Shown: piece by piece, positions 20,152 to 31,700 of the stretch
Position numbering within the stretch: the stretch's first letter is position 1
Layout of the letters: every line of letters starts with the position of its first letter
Source: Azonexus sp.
GTDB lineage: Bacteria; Pseudomonadota; Gammaproteobacteria; Burkholderiales; Rhodocyclaceae
Length of the DNA stretch: 64,000 nucleotides
Assembly: GCF_047638095.1 (NCBI RefSeq)
Contig: NZ_JBLJBW010000003.1
Location: 15,899-79,898 of the forward strand
Direction of reading: 5' to 3'
Made by a program: the position numbers and the translations under genes
The notes under the pieces: model-generated
What the model was told of the DNA's origin: nothing
What the model saw: the letters and a program-made list of their open reading frames with translations, nothing else
The model's database searches: none

Positions 20152-20844
20152 TTAGTCACGCTCGCCGGTAAAGGCCATGATCAGCTGCAAGAGGCTGACG
20201 AAGATGTTGTATACGTCGAGATATACCGCCAGGGTGGCACTGACGTAGCTGGTTTCTCCGCCATGCACGATACGGCTGATGTCATACAGGATGTAGGCCG
20301 AAAAAATCCCCACGACCGCTGCGGAGATGGCCAGCGACAAGGCCGGAATCTGGAAGAAAATGTTGGCGATGATGGCCAGCAAAACCAGTATCACGCCGGC
20401 AAACAGAAAGTTGCCCATGCCAGTGAAATTACGCTTGGTGGTCGCCGCAATCGAGGAGAGGGTGAGAAAAATGGCACCCGTGCCGCCAGCCGCCAGGGCA
20501 ATCATCGAGCCGCCATTACTGAAGCCCAGGGCGTATTGCAGGATGCGCGAGAGCATCAAACCCATGAAAAAGGTAAAACCCAGCAGAAGGGCGACACCTA
20601 AGCCGCTGTTTTTGTTTTTTTCGATCGCCCACATGAAACCAAAAGCGATGCCCATGAAGAGCAGGAAGGAAATCATCGGGCTGCCGGCAAAGAAGGAAAA
20701 ACCCATCTGAATGCCAAGGAGCGCGCCAAGCACCGTCGGCACCATGGAAAGGCCGAGCAGCATGTAGGTGTTTTTCAGTACGCGGTTTTGCTGGCCGGTT
20801 TCCGCCAGTGTGCCGCTGCGGTTGATTTCGTAGGGTGTGGTCAT
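20152..20844 (-). CDS. Bax inhibitor-1/YccA-family membrane protein
   Basis: 230 aa, 7 TM helices; N-terminal ..RVLKNTYMLLGLSM and a C-terminal charged tail typical of BI-1/YccA. Confidence 0.85.
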   Translation of the reverse strand: MTTPYEINRSGTLAETGQQNRVLKNTYMLLGLSMVPTVLGALLGIQMGFSFFAGSPMISFLLFMGIAFGFMWAIEKNKNSGLGVALLLGFTFFMGLMLSRILQYALGFSNGGSMIALAAGGTGAIFLTLSSIAATTKRNFTGMGNFLFAGVILVLLAIIANIFFQIPALSLAISAAVVGIFSAYILYDISRIVHGGETSYVSATLAVYLDVYNIFVSLLQLIMAFTGERD

Positions 20845-21016
20845 TGTTTGAAGTCCGCTGAAAGTGGGGTAGGAAGATGGAGTAAAAAAACGGAGGCAGG
20901 TTAGCCCGGAACGGAAAAAGTATCAAATGGCGTGTGGACTTGGTTGGCTGAGGGGGGCAATTGAGGGGGCAATCAAACCTGCACTCAAGAAAGGCGTGTG
21001 GTGGGTAAATGCTGCT

Positions 21017-21045
21017 TTGCGTATCGGGCGCGCATCCACTAATAT
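21017..21045 (+). promoter_or_regulatory. Candidate sigma-70 promoter (TTGCGT-17 nt-TAATAT) for the CBS-domain gene
   Basis: Both hexamers and the spacing were read directly; it lies 40 nt upstream of the ATG at 21086. Confidence 0.4.
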
Positions 21046-21085
21046 CCTGCGCATTCTAGTTGTGGGATGAACGGAGAAAATCAAG

Positions 21086-21535
21086 ATGTTGGTCAAGGAA
21101 ATTCTGCGCGTCAAAGGCGGCGTGTTGTATACGACGACGCCCGAGCAAACCTTGGAAGCCGTGGTGGCGACCATGGCGGACCTCGATGTCGGTTCGCTGG
21201 TAGTCATGGCGGCGGGGAAGATGGTCGGCATGGTGACTTTTCGTGAGGTTTTGCAGGCGGTGAAAGCGGCCAATGCGAGCGGAAAATCGCCGACGGTGCG
21301 TGAGGTCATGGTAGCCGATCCGGTGACCGTGCCGCCGGACATGGACGCCAATAGCCTACGGCGTTTGATGATCGAGAAACACTCGCGTTATCTGCCGGTG
21401 GTAGAAAATGGCGATCTGCAAGGTGTAATTTCATTCCTCGATGTGGCCAAAGCCGTGCTTGAAGAGCAGAGCCTGGAAAATACCTTGCTCAAAAATTACA
21501 TCAAAAACTGGCCGGAAGAAACGGCGCAAGCCTGA
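21086..21535 (+). CDS. CBS-domain pair protein
   Basis: 149 aa with two CBS-like repeats (VGSLVVM..GKMVGMVTFREV; HSRYLPVVENGDLQGVISFLDV). Confidence 0.8.
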   Translation: MLVKEILRVKGGVLYTTTPEQTLEAVVATMADLDVGSLVVMAAGKMVGMVTFREVLQAVKAANASGKSPTVREVMVADPVTVPPDMDANSLRRLMIEKHSRYLPVVENGDLQGVISFLDVAKAVLEEQSLENTLLKNYIKNWPEETAQA

Positions 21536-21624
21536 TTCGCTGGTGTGGCATGCCGGGCCAAACGCCCGGCGGCCTGGGGCGGGCGTGCTAAACTCGCGGC
21601 CTTCCTCATGTGCGGTGATAAATA

Positions 21625-22725
21625 ATGTCAGGCAATACCTTCGGCAAGTTATTTACGGTCACGTCTTTTGGTGAATCGCATGGGCCGGGTATCGGTTGTG
21701 TCGTCGATGGTTGTCCGCCGGGCTTGGCCTTGTGCGCAGCAGATATTCAACATGAGCTTGACCGGCGCAAACCCGGCACTTCCCGCCACGTCACTCAGCG
21801 CCGCGAGCCGGATACGGTGGAGATTTTGTCCGGTGTTTTCGAGGGCAAAACCACCGGCACGCCGATCGCTTTGCTGATTCGTAACGAAGACCAGCGCAGC
21901 AAGGATTACGGCAACATCGCCAGCGCTTTCCGCCCCGGCCATGCCGACTATGTTTATACGCAAAAATACGGTTTTCGCGATTATCGCGGCGGCGGGCGTT
22001 CTTCGGCGCGCGAAACTGCCGTGCGCGTGGCCGCCGGGGCGATTGCCCGGAAATGGCTGCACGAGCGTTATGGCGTGACCATTCGCGGTTGGATGAGTGC
22101 GCTCGGGCCGCTGGAAATTCCTTTTGTCAGTGCGCAGCACATCGAACAAAACCCCTTTTTTGCGCCCAATGCGGACATCGTTCCAGAGCTGGAAAGCTAT
22201 ATGGATGCGCTGCGTAAATCGCTCGATTCCGTCGGTGCGCGCATTACGGTGACAGCGCACGGCGTGCCGCCCGGTTGGGGTGCGCCGGTATTCGACCGGC
22301 TCGATGCAGAAATCGCTTACGCGATGATGGGTATCAATGCTGTCAAAGGCGTGGAAATCGGTGCAGGTTTTGCTTCGGTGGCGCAAAAAGGCAGCGAACA
22401 TGGCGATGAAATGACGCCGCAGGGCTTTCTCAGCAACCACGCCGGCGGTATTCTTGGCGGGTTGTCGACCGGGCAGGAAATCGTCGTCAATATGGCGATC
22501 AAGCCGACTTCGTCGATTGCCCAGCCGCGCCGTTCCGTCGATACGGCGGGGCAGGCGGTCGAGGTGGCGACGCAAGGACGGCACGACCCCTGTGTCGGCA
22601 TCCGCGCGACGCCGATCGCCGAGGCCATGCTGGCGCTAGTCTTGATCGATCACGCGCTGCGCCACCGCGCCCAATGTGCTGACGTGCGCTGCGCCACGCC
22701 GCAGATTCCGCCGTGCCTGTCTTGA
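21625..22725 (+). CDS. aroC: Chorismate synthase
   Basis: [33 protein letters not shown] is the canonical AroC N-terminus. Confidence 0.96.
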   Translation: MSGNTFGKLFTVTSFGESHGPGIGCVVDGCPPGLALCAADIQHELDRRKPGTSRHVTQRREPDTVEILSGVFEGKTTGTPIALLIRNEDQRSKDYGNIASAFRPGHADYVYTQKYGFRDYRGGGRSSARETAVRVAAGAIARKWLHERYGVTIRGWMSALGPLEIPFVSAQHIEQNPFFAPNADIVPELESYMDALRKSLDSVGARITVTAHGVPPGWGAPVFDRLDAEIAYAMMGINAVKGVEIGAGFASVAQKGSEHGDEMTPQGFLSNHAGGILGGLSTGQEIVVNMAIKPTSSIAQPRRSVDTAGQAVEVATQGRHDPCVGIRATPIAEAMLALVLIDHALRHRAQCADVRCATPQIPPCLS

Positions 22726-22771
22726 ATTGAGCTGCGCGCAAGCGGTTTTTGCGCCAGCCCCTATCCCCGCC

Positions 22772-23932
22772 ATGACGACGTATCCGGCCTTTCCCTATGG
22801 GCGGCTGGCCGCGTATTACTTTTTTTATTTCGCTTTCATCGGTGCGTTTTCGCCGTATTTCGGCTTGTATCTGCAATCGATCAAATTTTCTGCGCTCGAT
22901 ATTGGTTTATTGATGTCGCAGATGCAGTTGATGCGCATTTTTGGCCCTAATGTTTGGGGGTGGGTGGTGGATCGTTGGGGCTATCGCTTACCGATCATTC
23001 GTCTGGCCGGCATGGTTGGTTTGCTTGGTTTTCTCAGCTTTTTCTGGCTCGAGCGCTTGCCAGCCATGCTTTTCGCTATGGCGGTGCTGGCTTTTTTCTG
23101 GAGCGGGGCCTTGCCGCTCGTTGAAATGCTCACCTTCGATCATCTGCGCGAAGAAGGTGGGCGCTACGGCCCGGTGCGGGTGTGGGGTTCGTTTGGTTTC
23201 ATTGCCGCTGTGCTGGGTACCGGGGCGTTACTCGACGTGATGGCACCGGTCGGTGTGCTGTGGGCCTGCACCTTCGTTCTGGCGAGCTTGTTTGTGCTGG
23301 CGCTCAGTCTGCCGGAAGCCCCCGCGCATCCGCTGCCGGCACAAACACTGTCTTTGCAGGGTGTGTTGCGCCAGCCCACGGTGTTGGCCCTGATGCTCGC
23401 TTGCACGGCAATGTCTAGCGCGCATGGCGGGTTTTATGTGTTTTTTTCCATTCATTTGAGCGAGCACGGTTACGGTAAAACGCTGATCGGTCTGCTGTGG
23501 TCTCTGGGCGTTTTGGCTGAAATCATTGTGTTTTTGTTGATGCCGCGTCTTTTGCGCCGCTTTTCCTTGCGCTGGATCTTGTTGCTCAGCTTTGCCGCTA
23601 CCGTGCCGCGCTTCTTGCTGATGGGCTGGGCGGTGGAATCTTTGGCGACCATGATTTTCGTGCAAAGCCTGCACGGTTTGACCTTTGGTGCTTACCACGC
23701 GGCGGCGATTGCGGCGGTGAATCAGTATTTTCCACAGGCTTTGCGCGGCCGTGGGCAGGCCTTGTACTCCAGCCTGTCTTTCGGGGCTGGCGGCTTGTTC
23801 GGGGCTTTGCTGAGCGGCTTGTTTTGGGATGCCTGGGGAGCGGGTTGGGTGTTTGCGCTCGCTGCCGTTTTCGGACTACTCGGATTTTTCTTGATCTGGC
23901 GCTGGTTTGCGCCGGCTGTGCCAGCCGCGTGA
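22772..23932 (+). CDS. MFS transporter (HcaT/PPP-like family)
   Basis: 12-TM protein. Start set at MTTYPAFPYGRLAAYYFFYFAFIG to avoid overlapping aroC. Confidence 0.75.
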   Translation: MTTYPAFPYGRLAAYYFFYFAFIGAFSPYFGLYLQSIKFSALDIGLLMSQMQLMRIFGPNVWGWVVDRWGYRLPIIRLAGMVGLLGFLSFFWLERLPAMLFAMAVLAFFWSGALPLVEMLTFDHLREEGGRYGPVRVWGSFGFIAAVLGTGALLDVMAPVGVLWACTFVLASLFVLALSLPEAPAHPLPAQTLSLQGVLRQPTVLALMLACTAMSSAHGGFYVFFSIHLSEHGYGKTLIGLLWSLGVLAEIIVFLLMPRLLRRFSLRWILLLSFAATVPRFLLMGWAVESLATMIFVQSLHGLTFGAYHAAAIAAVNQYFPQALRGRGQALYSSLSFGAGGLFGALLSGLFWDAWGAGWVFALAAVFGLLGFFLIWRWFAPAVPAA

Positions 23933-24007
23933 AGGCTGAAAATCTTCCCAAAAAGCCTGCCCGCCTGTGCAATAATCCAGCGTTTTGCCGATTTTTTAGG
24001 TTGAGCC

Positions 24008-25414
24008 ATGCCGAAGACACTTTACGATAAATTGTGGGAAAACCATGTCGTCCACCAGGAGGCGGACGGCACGGCACTGTTGTACATCGATCGCCATCTG
24101 GTGCACGAAGTCACCAGCCCGCAGGCGTTCGAAGGCCTGAAGCTGGCCGGGCGCAAACCCTGGCGCATCTCCTCCATCGTCGCCACGCCGGACCACAATA
24201 CGCCGACCGACCATTGGGAAGAAGGCATCAAGGACCCGGTTTCCCGTCTGCAGGTGGACACGCTGGATGCCAACATCCGTGAAGTCGGCGCGCTGGCCTA
24301 TTTTCCGTTCAAGGACGAGCGGATGGGGATTTTGCACGTGGTTGGCCCGGAAAATGGCGCGACCCTGCCGGGTATGACCGTGGTGTGCGGTGATTCGCAT
24401 ACCTCGACGCACGGTGCCTTTGCCTGCCTGGCGCACGGTATCGGCACCTCCGAAGTAGAGCACGTGCTGGCCACCCAGTGTCTGGTGCAGAAAAAATCAA
24501 AAACCATGTTGATTGCGGTGGAAGGCGAGCTCGGCCCCGGTGTGACGGCCAAGGATGTGGCCTTGGCGATCATCGGAGTGATTGGCACGGCGGGCGGCAC
24601 CGGCTATGCCATCGAATTTGGCGGCAGCGCCATTCGCAGCCTGACGATGGAAGGGCGCATGACCCTGTGCAACATGGCCATCGAAGGCGGCGCGCGCATG
24701 GGGTTTGTCGCGGTCGATGAGGTGACGATCGATTATCTGAAAGGCCGTCCTTTCTCGCCGCAAGGCGAAACCTGGACGCAGGCCGTAGCCTATTGGCGCA
24801 CCCTGCATTCCGACCCCGGCGCGGTGTTTGACCGCACGATTACCCTGCTGGCTTCCGACATCAAACCGCAGGTGACCTGGGGTACTTCGCCGGAAATGGT
24901 GGTGCCGGTGGATGGGCGGGTGCCCGATCCGGCGCTGGAAAATGATCCGGTCAAGCGCGAAGGCATGACGCGTGCCCTGAAATACATGGATCTGCAGCCG
25001 AATACGCCGATCACGGCGATTGCCATCGATAAGGTCTTCATTGGCTCCTGCACCAATTCGCGTATCGAAGATTTGCGCGAGGCAGCCGCCGTTTTGCACG
25101 GCAAACACATCGCCGCCAATGTCAAGCTGGCGCTGGCCGTTCCGGGTTCTGGCCTGGTCAAACGCCAGGCCGAGCGCGAAGGGCTGGACAAGATTTTCAC
25201 GGCGGCCGGTTTTGAATGGCGCGAGCCGGGTTGTTCGATGTGTCTGGCCATGAATGCCGACCGTCTGGAGCCGGGCGAGCGCTGTGCCTCGACTTCGAAC
25301 CGTAATTTCGAAGGGCGCCAAGGTGCTGGCGGCCGCACCCATTTGTTGAGCCCGGCCATGGCGGCGGCAGCGGCGATTGCGGGGCATTTTGCCGACGTGC
25401 GTGATTTTGCTTGA
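24008..25414 (+). CDS. leuC: 3-isopropylmalate dehydratase large subunit
   Basis: [15 protein letters not shown]..., aconitase-family Fe-S cysteines, 468 aa. Confidence 0.96.
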   Translation: MPKTLYDKLWENHVVHQEADGTALLYIDRHLVHEVTSPQAFEGLKLAGRKPWRISSIVATPDHNTPTDHWEEGIKDPVSRLQVDTLDANIREVGALAYFPFKDERMGILHVVGPENGATLPGMTVVCGDSHTSTHGAFACLAHGIGTSEVEHVLATQCLVQKKSKTMLIAVEGELGPGVTAKDVALAIIGVIGTAGGTGYAIEFGGSAIRSLTMEGRMTLCNMAIEGGARMGFVAVDEVTIDYLKGRPFSPQGETWTQAVAYWRTLHSDPGAVFDRTITLLASDIKPQVTWGTSPEMVVPVDGRVPDPALENDPVKREGMTRALKYMDLQPNTPITAIAIDKVFIGSCTNSRIEDLREAAAVLHGKHIAANVKLALAVPGSGLVKRQAEREGLDKIFTAAGFEWREPGCSMCLAMNADRLEPGERCASTSNRNFEGRQGAGGRTHLLSPAMAAAAAIAGHFADVRDFA

Positions 25415-25421
25415 GTGCGCT

Positions 25422-25604
25422 ATGAAAAATAGCGTTTGTCTTGCCTTGTTGATCTGCCTGACGGCCTGCAATACGGCGGCAGGGGTGAAAAAGGATGTTC
25501 AGATTGGTGCAGAAAAAACCGGCGAAGTCATCAAGAAAGGTGGCGAAGTCGTCGGTGATGCCATGAAAAGAGGCGGTGAGGCCGTCCAGAAAGCGGTGGA
25601 ATAA
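25422..25604 (+). CDS. Small entericidin-like lipoprotein embedded between leuC and leuD
   Basis: MKNSVCLALLICLTAC lipobox followed by a Gly/Lys-rich 44-aa tail; the TAAATG junction abuts leuD. Confidence 0.6.
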   Translation: MKNSVCLALLICLTACNTAAGVKKDVQIGAEKTGEVIKKGGEVVGDAMKRGGEAVQKAVE

Positions 25605-26243
25605 ATGGAAAAATTCGTTCAACTCGATGCGCTGGCGGCACCGCTCGATCGCAATAACGTCGATACCGATGCCATCATCCCGAAGCAGTTTTTAAAATCG
25701 ATCAAGCGCTCCGGTTTTGGCCCCAACGCTTTCGATGAGTGGCGCTATCTCGATGTCGGCGAGCCCGGTCAGGATTGCTCGCAGCGTCCGATCAACCCGG
25801 ATTTCGTTCTCAATCAGCAGCGTTATCAAGGGGCGGAAATTCTCGTGACGCGGGCCAATTTTGGTTGCGGCAGCTCCCGCGAACATGCCCCCTGGGCGCT
25901 GCTCGATTATGGTTTCAAGGCCATTATTGCCGAGTCGTTTGCCGATATTTTCTTTAACAACTGTTTCAAGAACGGCATTTTGCCCATCGTTTTGCCGGCG
26001 GCCGAAATTAATGTTTTGCTTGCCCAAATGGCAGCGACGCCCGGCTATCGCTTGCGGGTGGACCTGGCAGCGCAAAGCGTGACGCGCCCGGACGGACATG
26101 TCCTCTCGTTTGCGGTCGATGCTTTCCGCAAAGAGTGTCTCTTGAACGGTTGGGACGACATTGGCCTAACGCTGCGTCATGCAGAAAAAATCAAGGCTTT
26201 CGAAGACAGGCGCCGCATTGTGCAGCCTTGGCTGTTTGCCTGA
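25605..26243 (+). CDS. leuD: 3-isopropylmalate dehydratase small subunit
   Basis: Typical LeuD N-terminus (..[14 protein letters not shown]) and a GCGSSREHA motif. Confidence 0.95.
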   Translation: MEKFVQLDALAAPLDRNNVDTDAIIPKQFLKSIKRSGFGPNAFDEWRYLDVGEPGQDCSQRPINPDFVLNQQRYQGAEILVTRANFGCGSSREHAPWALLDYGFKAIIAESFADIFFNNCFKNGILPIVLPAAEINVLLAQMAATPGYRLRVDLAAQSVTRPDGHVLSFAVDAFRKECLLNGWDDIGLTLRHAEKIKAFEDRRRIVQPWLFA

Positions 26244-26279
26244 GCCTGTTTTATTTGAATTAATTTTGAGGAATCACCA

Positions 26280-27332
26280 ATGAAAATCTGCGTTTTGCCG
26301 GGTGACGGCATTGGTCCGGAGATCATGGAACAAGCGCTGCGCGTGCTCTCCGCGCTGGATCTGAAATTTGAAATGGAAGAAGCCCTCTTGGGCGGCGCGG
26401 CGGTGGATGCCACGGGGGATCCCTATCCGGAAGCCACGCAAAAACTGGCGCGCGCTGCCGATGCCGTGCTTTTGGGTGCGGTCGGCGGCCCGCAGTGGGA
26501 TAGCCTGCCGCGCGAAAAACGTCCGGAGCGCGGCTTGCTCGGTATTCGTAAGGATTTGAATCTGTTCGCCAATTTGCGCCCGGCCATTTTGTACCCGGAG
26601 CTGGCCAATGCCTCCACGCTCAAGGCTGAAGTGGTGTCCGGTTTGGATATCCTGATCGTGCGCGAACTGACCGGTGACATTTACTTTGGCCAGCCGCGCG
26701 GCGTGCGCGAAGAAAATGGCGAGCGTGTCGGTTTCAACACCATGGTGTATAGCGAATCGGAAATCCGCCGCATCGGCCATGTCGCCTTTCAGGCGGCGCA
26801 AAAGCGCAACAAAAAATTGTGCTCGGTGGACAAGATGAACGTGCTCGAATGCACCCAGCTGTGGCGCGACGTGATGATCGAAGTCGCCCACGACTACCCG
26901 GAGGTTGAGCTTTCCCACATGCTCGTCGACAACGCCGCCATGCAGCTGGTGCGTGCGCCCAAGCAGTTCGATGTGATGGTCACCGGCAATATGTTCGGCG
27001 ATATTTTGTCGGACGAAGCGTCCATGCTCACCGGCTCGATCGGTATGTTGCCTTCGGCCTCGCTCGATGAGAAAAACAAGGGCCTGTACGAACCCTCGCA
27101 CGGCTCGGCCCCGGACATCGCCGGCAAGAACCTGGCCAACCCGCTGGCGACCATTCTTTCCGCTGCGATGATGCTGCGTTACACCTTTAATCGTGAAGAA
27201 GAAGCGCAGCGTATCGAGAACGCCGTGAAAAAAGTGCTGTCTCAGGGGTATCGCACCGGCGACATCTATGAGCGCGGCACCACCAAGGTCGGTACGCGCG
27301 AAATGGGCGAGGCGGTTTTGCAGAATTTATGA
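26280..27332 (+). CDS. leuB: 3-isopropylmalate dehydrogenase
   Basis: [15 protein letters not shown].., [10 protein letters not shown] motif. Confidence 0.96.
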   Translation: MKICVLPGDGIGPEIMEQALRVLSALDLKFEMEEALLGGAAVDATGDPYPEATQKLARAADAVLLGAVGGPQWDSLPREKRPERGLLGIRKDLNLFANLRPAILYPELANASTLKAEVVSGLDILIVRELTGDIYFGQPRGVREENGERVGFNTMVYSESEIRRIGHVAFQAAQKRNKKLCSVDKMNVLECTQLWRDVMIEVAHDYPEVELSHMLVDNAAMQLVRAPKQFDVMVTGNMFGDILSDEASMLTGSIGMLPSASLDEKNKGLYEPSHGSAPDIAGKNLANPLATILSAAMMLRYTFNREEEAQRIENAVKKVLSQGYRTGDIYERGTTKVGTREMGEAVLQNL

Positions 27333-27417
27333 AACAAGACAGGAGGGAAGCGGTTTTGGCCGTCGTTTTGCGCCAGCTTCCCCTTGCCCGGTTTCAGGTT
27401 TCACACACAAAGGAAAG

Positions 27418-28554
27418 ATGATGAAAAAAGTAGGTCTGGTGGGTTGGCGCGGCATGGTGGGCTCGGTGCTCATGCAGCGGATGGTCGAAGAAGGCGATTT
27501 CGCCCATATCGAGCCGGTGTATTTTTCTACCTCCAACGCGGGCGGCAAGGCCCCGACGTTCGGTGGCAAGGAGGCGTCCCTGCCCTTGCAGGACGCCAGT
27601 AATATCGAGGCGCTGAAAGCCTGTGAAATCATCATTACCTGCCAGGGCGGCGATTACACCAAGGAAGTCTTCGGCCCCTTGCGCGCCACCGGCTGGAACG
27701 GTCATTGGATCGATGCGGCCAGTGCTTTGCGCATGGCCGATGATGCGGTGATCGTGCTCGATCCGGTCAATATGAACGTGATCAAGAAAGCGCTGGGCGT
27801 GGGCGGCAAAAACTGGGTGGGCGGCAACTGTACCGTCTCGCTCATGCTGATGGGCCTGGGCGGCCTGTTTCAGAATGATCTGGTCGAATGGGCAAGCTCC
27901 ATGACCTATCAGGCGGCCTCCGGTGCCGGGGCGCAGAACATGCGCGAGTTGATTTCTCAGATGGGCGTGATTCACGATTCGGTCAAAGATCTTTTGGCTG
28001 ATCCGTCATCCGCCATCCTCGATATCGACCGTAAGGTGGCCGCAACCATCCGTTCGGATGCGCTGCCGAAGAAGAATTTTCGCAACACGCCGCTGGCCGG
28101 TTCGCTCATTCCCTGGATCGACGTGCCGGTCGACGGCGGGCAATCGAAAGAAGAATGGAAGGGCGGTGCCGAGTGCAACAAGATTCTTGGCAAACCGGCT
28201 TTCCGCACGGCCGGTTCGATTCCCATCGACGGCCTGTGCGTGCGCATCGGCGCCATGCGCTGCCATTCGCAGGCGCTCACCATCAAATTGAAAAAAGATG
28301 TGCCACTCGATGAAATCTCCGACATGCTGGCCAAGGCCAACCCCTGGGCCAAAGTGGTGCCGAACGAGCGTGAAATCTCCGAGCGCGAACTCACCCCGGC
28401 AGCCGTTACGGGCACGCTGACGGTGCCGGTGGGCCGTTTGCATAAAATGGCGATGGGCCCGGAGTACCTCGCGGCCTTCACCTGTGGCGATCAACTTTTG
28501 TGGGGCGCGGCAGAGCCCTTGCGCCGCATGCTGCGTATCCTGCTCGATGCCTGA
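27418..28554 (+). CDS. asd: Aspartate-semialdehyde dehydrogenase
   Basis: [25 protein letters not shown] active-site cysteine; AGGAAAG RBS upstream. Confidence 0.95.
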   Translation: MMKKVGLVGWRGMVGSVLMQRMVEEGDFAHIEPVYFSTSNAGGKAPTFGGKEASLPLQDASNIEALKACEIIITCQGGDYTKEVFGPLRATGWNGHWIDAASALRMADDAVIVLDPVNMNVIKKALGVGGKNWVGGNCTVSLMLMGLGGLFQNDLVEWASSMTYQAASGAGAQNMRELISQMGVIHDSVKDLLADPSSAILDIDRKVAATIRSDALPKKNFRNTPLAGSLIPWIDVPVDGGQSKEEWKGGAECNKILGKPAFRTAGSIPIDGLCVRIGAMRCHSQALTIKLKKDVPLDEISDMLAKANPWAKVVPNEREISERELTPAAVTGTLTVPVGRLHKMAMGPEYLAAFTCGDQLLWGAAEPLRRMLRILLDA

Positions 28555-28576
28555 TTGATCGAGATCGGTGAAAAGC

Positions 28577-28597
28577 GGGGCGCAAGCCCCGTTTTTC
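28577..28597 (+). terminator. Rho-independent terminator after asd
   Basis: cggggc-gcaa-gccccg followed by ttttt. Confidence 0.8.
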
Positions 28598-28701
28598 ATT
28601 GTTGGCGATATGCAAAAACCCCGAGTTCATAAGCGGGATTAGCTTGCAATGCTAACCCCATGATGTTAATTTGATTATTCCAAGTAACACGCGCAAGGCA
28701 T

Positions 28702-31700
28702 ATGGCCGTGAATCAAAATAAAATTTCCAAATCCGTCAGTTTCAAGCAGTGCGCTCTGGCGCTTGCCGTCGCCTCCAGTCTGTCTTTGAGCAGCATTTCG
28801 GCCCAGGCGGCCGGTCTGGGTAAATTGACGGTCTTGTCTGGTTTGGGGCAGCCCTTGCGCGCGGAGGTGACGCTTGCGGCAACACCAGAAGAGTTAAATG
28901 GCATGACCGCTCGTCTGGCCTCGCCGGACGTTTTTAGTCAGGCTGGCGTCGAATACGCCAATGGTTTGAGCGACTTGAATTTCAGCGTCGAAAAACGTAA
29001 AGGCGGCAAGGCGGTGCTCAAGATTTCGTCAGCACGGCCGGTGAATGACCCCTTCCTCGATTTTCTCGTCGAACTGAATTGGCCGACCGGACGCTTGGTG
29101 CGTGAATACACCTTTTTGCTCGATCCGCCGGAATTCGCCCCGGCGGCAAAAACGCGCAGCACCGTCGATGCGCGCGTGGTTGAAACCGTGCGTGACAATC
29201 GCCATGAAGCGGCCAAGTCCGCCGCCCCTGCTGCGCCCGCAACCGCCAAACCGGCGCTGCCGGGGCGTGCCGAATCTGTACCGGGGGCAGCGCCGGAAAC
29301 TACGCCAAAGGCCACAGATGCCGCCGGCGAGCATACCGTCGAGCGTGGCGAGAACTTACGCAAAATTGCCGCTGCGCACCAGCATGCCGGCGTCACTTTG
29401 GAGCAGATGCTGGCGGGTATTTATCGTAATAACCGTAAAGCCTTCATCGAAAATGACATCCACCGCTTGAAGACGGGGGTGATTCTTGCCATTCCCGATG
29501 CGGCGAGCGTGGCGGCGATCAGCCCCAAGGAAGCGCGGCAGATTTATGTCTCGGCCGGCGACTTTACGGCGTATCGCAAAAAACTGGCGGCCGCCGCAGA
29601 AACTGCGCAGAGTCGCCAGGATACGGTGGCTGCGGAACAGGCTGCCGGCGGCAAGATTACCGCCCGCGTCGAAGAAAAAACCCCGGCCCTCGATGCGAGC
29701 AAAGATCAGGTCAAGGTTGGGCGCGCCGACAAGGCCGCTGGGGGGGGCAAGGATGGCAAGGCGAATGCGCTGGAGCATCTGACTGCCGAAAAATCCCTGC
29801 AAGAATCGCAGGCACGGGTTGCTTTGCTGGAAAAGAATCTGAGCGAGTTGCAGAAGTTGCTGGAGATGAAAAATCTGCGTCTGGCAGAACTGGAAAAAAC
29901 GACGGCAGCTGCTCCCGCCATAAGCCCGCCGCCGGCAGCTGCGCCTGAAGTTGCTGCACCCGCACCCGCGCCAGTTGCAGCGCCAGTCAAGGAAGCGCCT
30001 GCCGCTGCCCCGGAAACTCCCGCAGCGCAAGCTCCGGCTTCGGAAAGTGCTGCCGAACAGACTGCTGCGCCGACCGAAACGCCGGTCGAAACGCCGGCCG
30101 AAACACCAGCGCCGCCGGCACCCGAGCCGGCACCCGTCGTCGAAAAAACGCCGCTGCCGCCACCGACTCCGGCACCTTTGCCTGAACCGAATTTCCTCGA
30201 TAGCCTGCTCGAAGACCCGCTGCCCTTGGCTGGCGGTGCGGCTGCCTTGGCTTTGCTGGGCGGCTTGTTCCTGTATCGTCGCCGCCAGCAAAATACGGCC
30301 ACCGAAATTGCCCTCACGGAAACCCTGCCGCCAGCCTCGCTTGGGCCAAATTCGGTATTCGGTACGCAAGGTGGGCAGACCATCGATACCGGAACCGCCC
30401 CGCCGCACACCGGTGAATTCAGCCAGGCCGGCCCGGGTACGATCGATACCGACGAGGTCGACCCTGTGGCGGAAGCCGATGTTTACATGGCTTACGGGCG
30501 TGATTCGCAAGCAGAAGAAATTCTGCTCGAAGCCATGCACAAAGACCCATCGCGTTTGGCGATTCATGCCAAGTTGCTGGAGATTTATGCCAATCGCCGC
30601 AGCGTCAAGCAGTTCGAAACCTTGGCGGGCGAGCTCTATGCGCAATCGGGTGGCAATGGTCAGGAATGGAACAAGGTGGCCGAATTAGGTCGCCAGATCG
30701 ATCCGAGTAATCCCTTGTACGGTGCGCAGAAAGCGGCAACGTCCACGGTCGCTGCGCCGGCAGCGGCCCCCGTTTTGCCGGCGGAGTTTGCCGAGCCTGA
30801 AAAGGCACCCTCTGCTGCGCCGCAGATTGAATTACCGGTGGCCGCCCCACAAGCATTTGCCGGCGTGGCGCTCGCCTCTGAAGCAGCGGCAGAGTCGCCG
30901 ACGAATGCACTCAGCTTTGATTTTCCGGCAAGCGCTGAGGCTGCCTCTGGTGCTACGCAACAATCGCAAGCGTCCGCCCAAACAGAACCCGAAGCAGAGT
31001 CCGCCGCAGAACCCGAAGCTGAACCCGATTTTTCTTTTGCTTTCACGCCAGCAGCGGCACCCGCAGCAGCGCTTGCGCCGTCCGCAGCACCGGCATCGGT
31101 CGAGGCTACGGTGCTGGAATTTTCCGCCGAGAAAACGCAACCCCTGCCTTTGGCCGCATCGCAACCTGCGTTTGAAGAAAAAACCGATGATCCCTTCGTG
31201 GCGAGCGACATCAGTCTGGATTTCGACCTTGACGATACGGCAGAAAAAACAGCGGAAATTCCTTCCTTTGCTGAAGAGCTGCCGGCTGTACAGGAAGCAG
31301 CACCAAGGGCTGCGAGCGATGGAATGCCTCGTTTTTCTCCGGAAGGCACCTTGGTCGTTACGCCAAACAATGATTTTTCCGCAGAAATTGCCGAAGACGA
31401 TCTGAGTCTGGACGGCCTTGATTTTCCGCAGGCTGCGCCGGTGACGCCGGCACCAGCACCGGAATCAGAGCAGACGATGCCTGAAGCTCTGGTGGCAACC
31501 CAGGTCCCCGCAGACGTTTCGGCTTTCCTGAGCGCTGCAGTCGACACTGAAGCCGAGCGCAATCTGGCAGCGCTCGCGCAAACGGTAGTCACCTCGCCAA
31601 GCTTCACCAATACCGTGGTGAATATGCCGGATTTGACCAATACCGTCGTCAATCCGGTGAGCGGGTTGGAGGAGGCTGCAGACGATATCGATTTTGATAT

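Noticed and set aside
20940-20975. Direct repeat gagggggcaat x2 in the BI-1/CBS divergent region considered as a regulator binding site
   Set aside because: It is a short, G-rich pair of copies with no palindromic symmetry. There is not enough evidence to call a site without comparative data.
22676-22771. Upstream extension of the MFS transporter ORF overlapping the last 50 nt of aroC
   Set aside because: The extension is Arg/Cys-rich and non-membrane-like. The ATG at 22772 starts directly at the first TM helix and removes the overlap.
28213-28223. tRNA T-loop-like motif ggttcgattcc
   Set aside because: It lies inside the asd coding frame, and no acceptor or anticodon stem context could be built around it.
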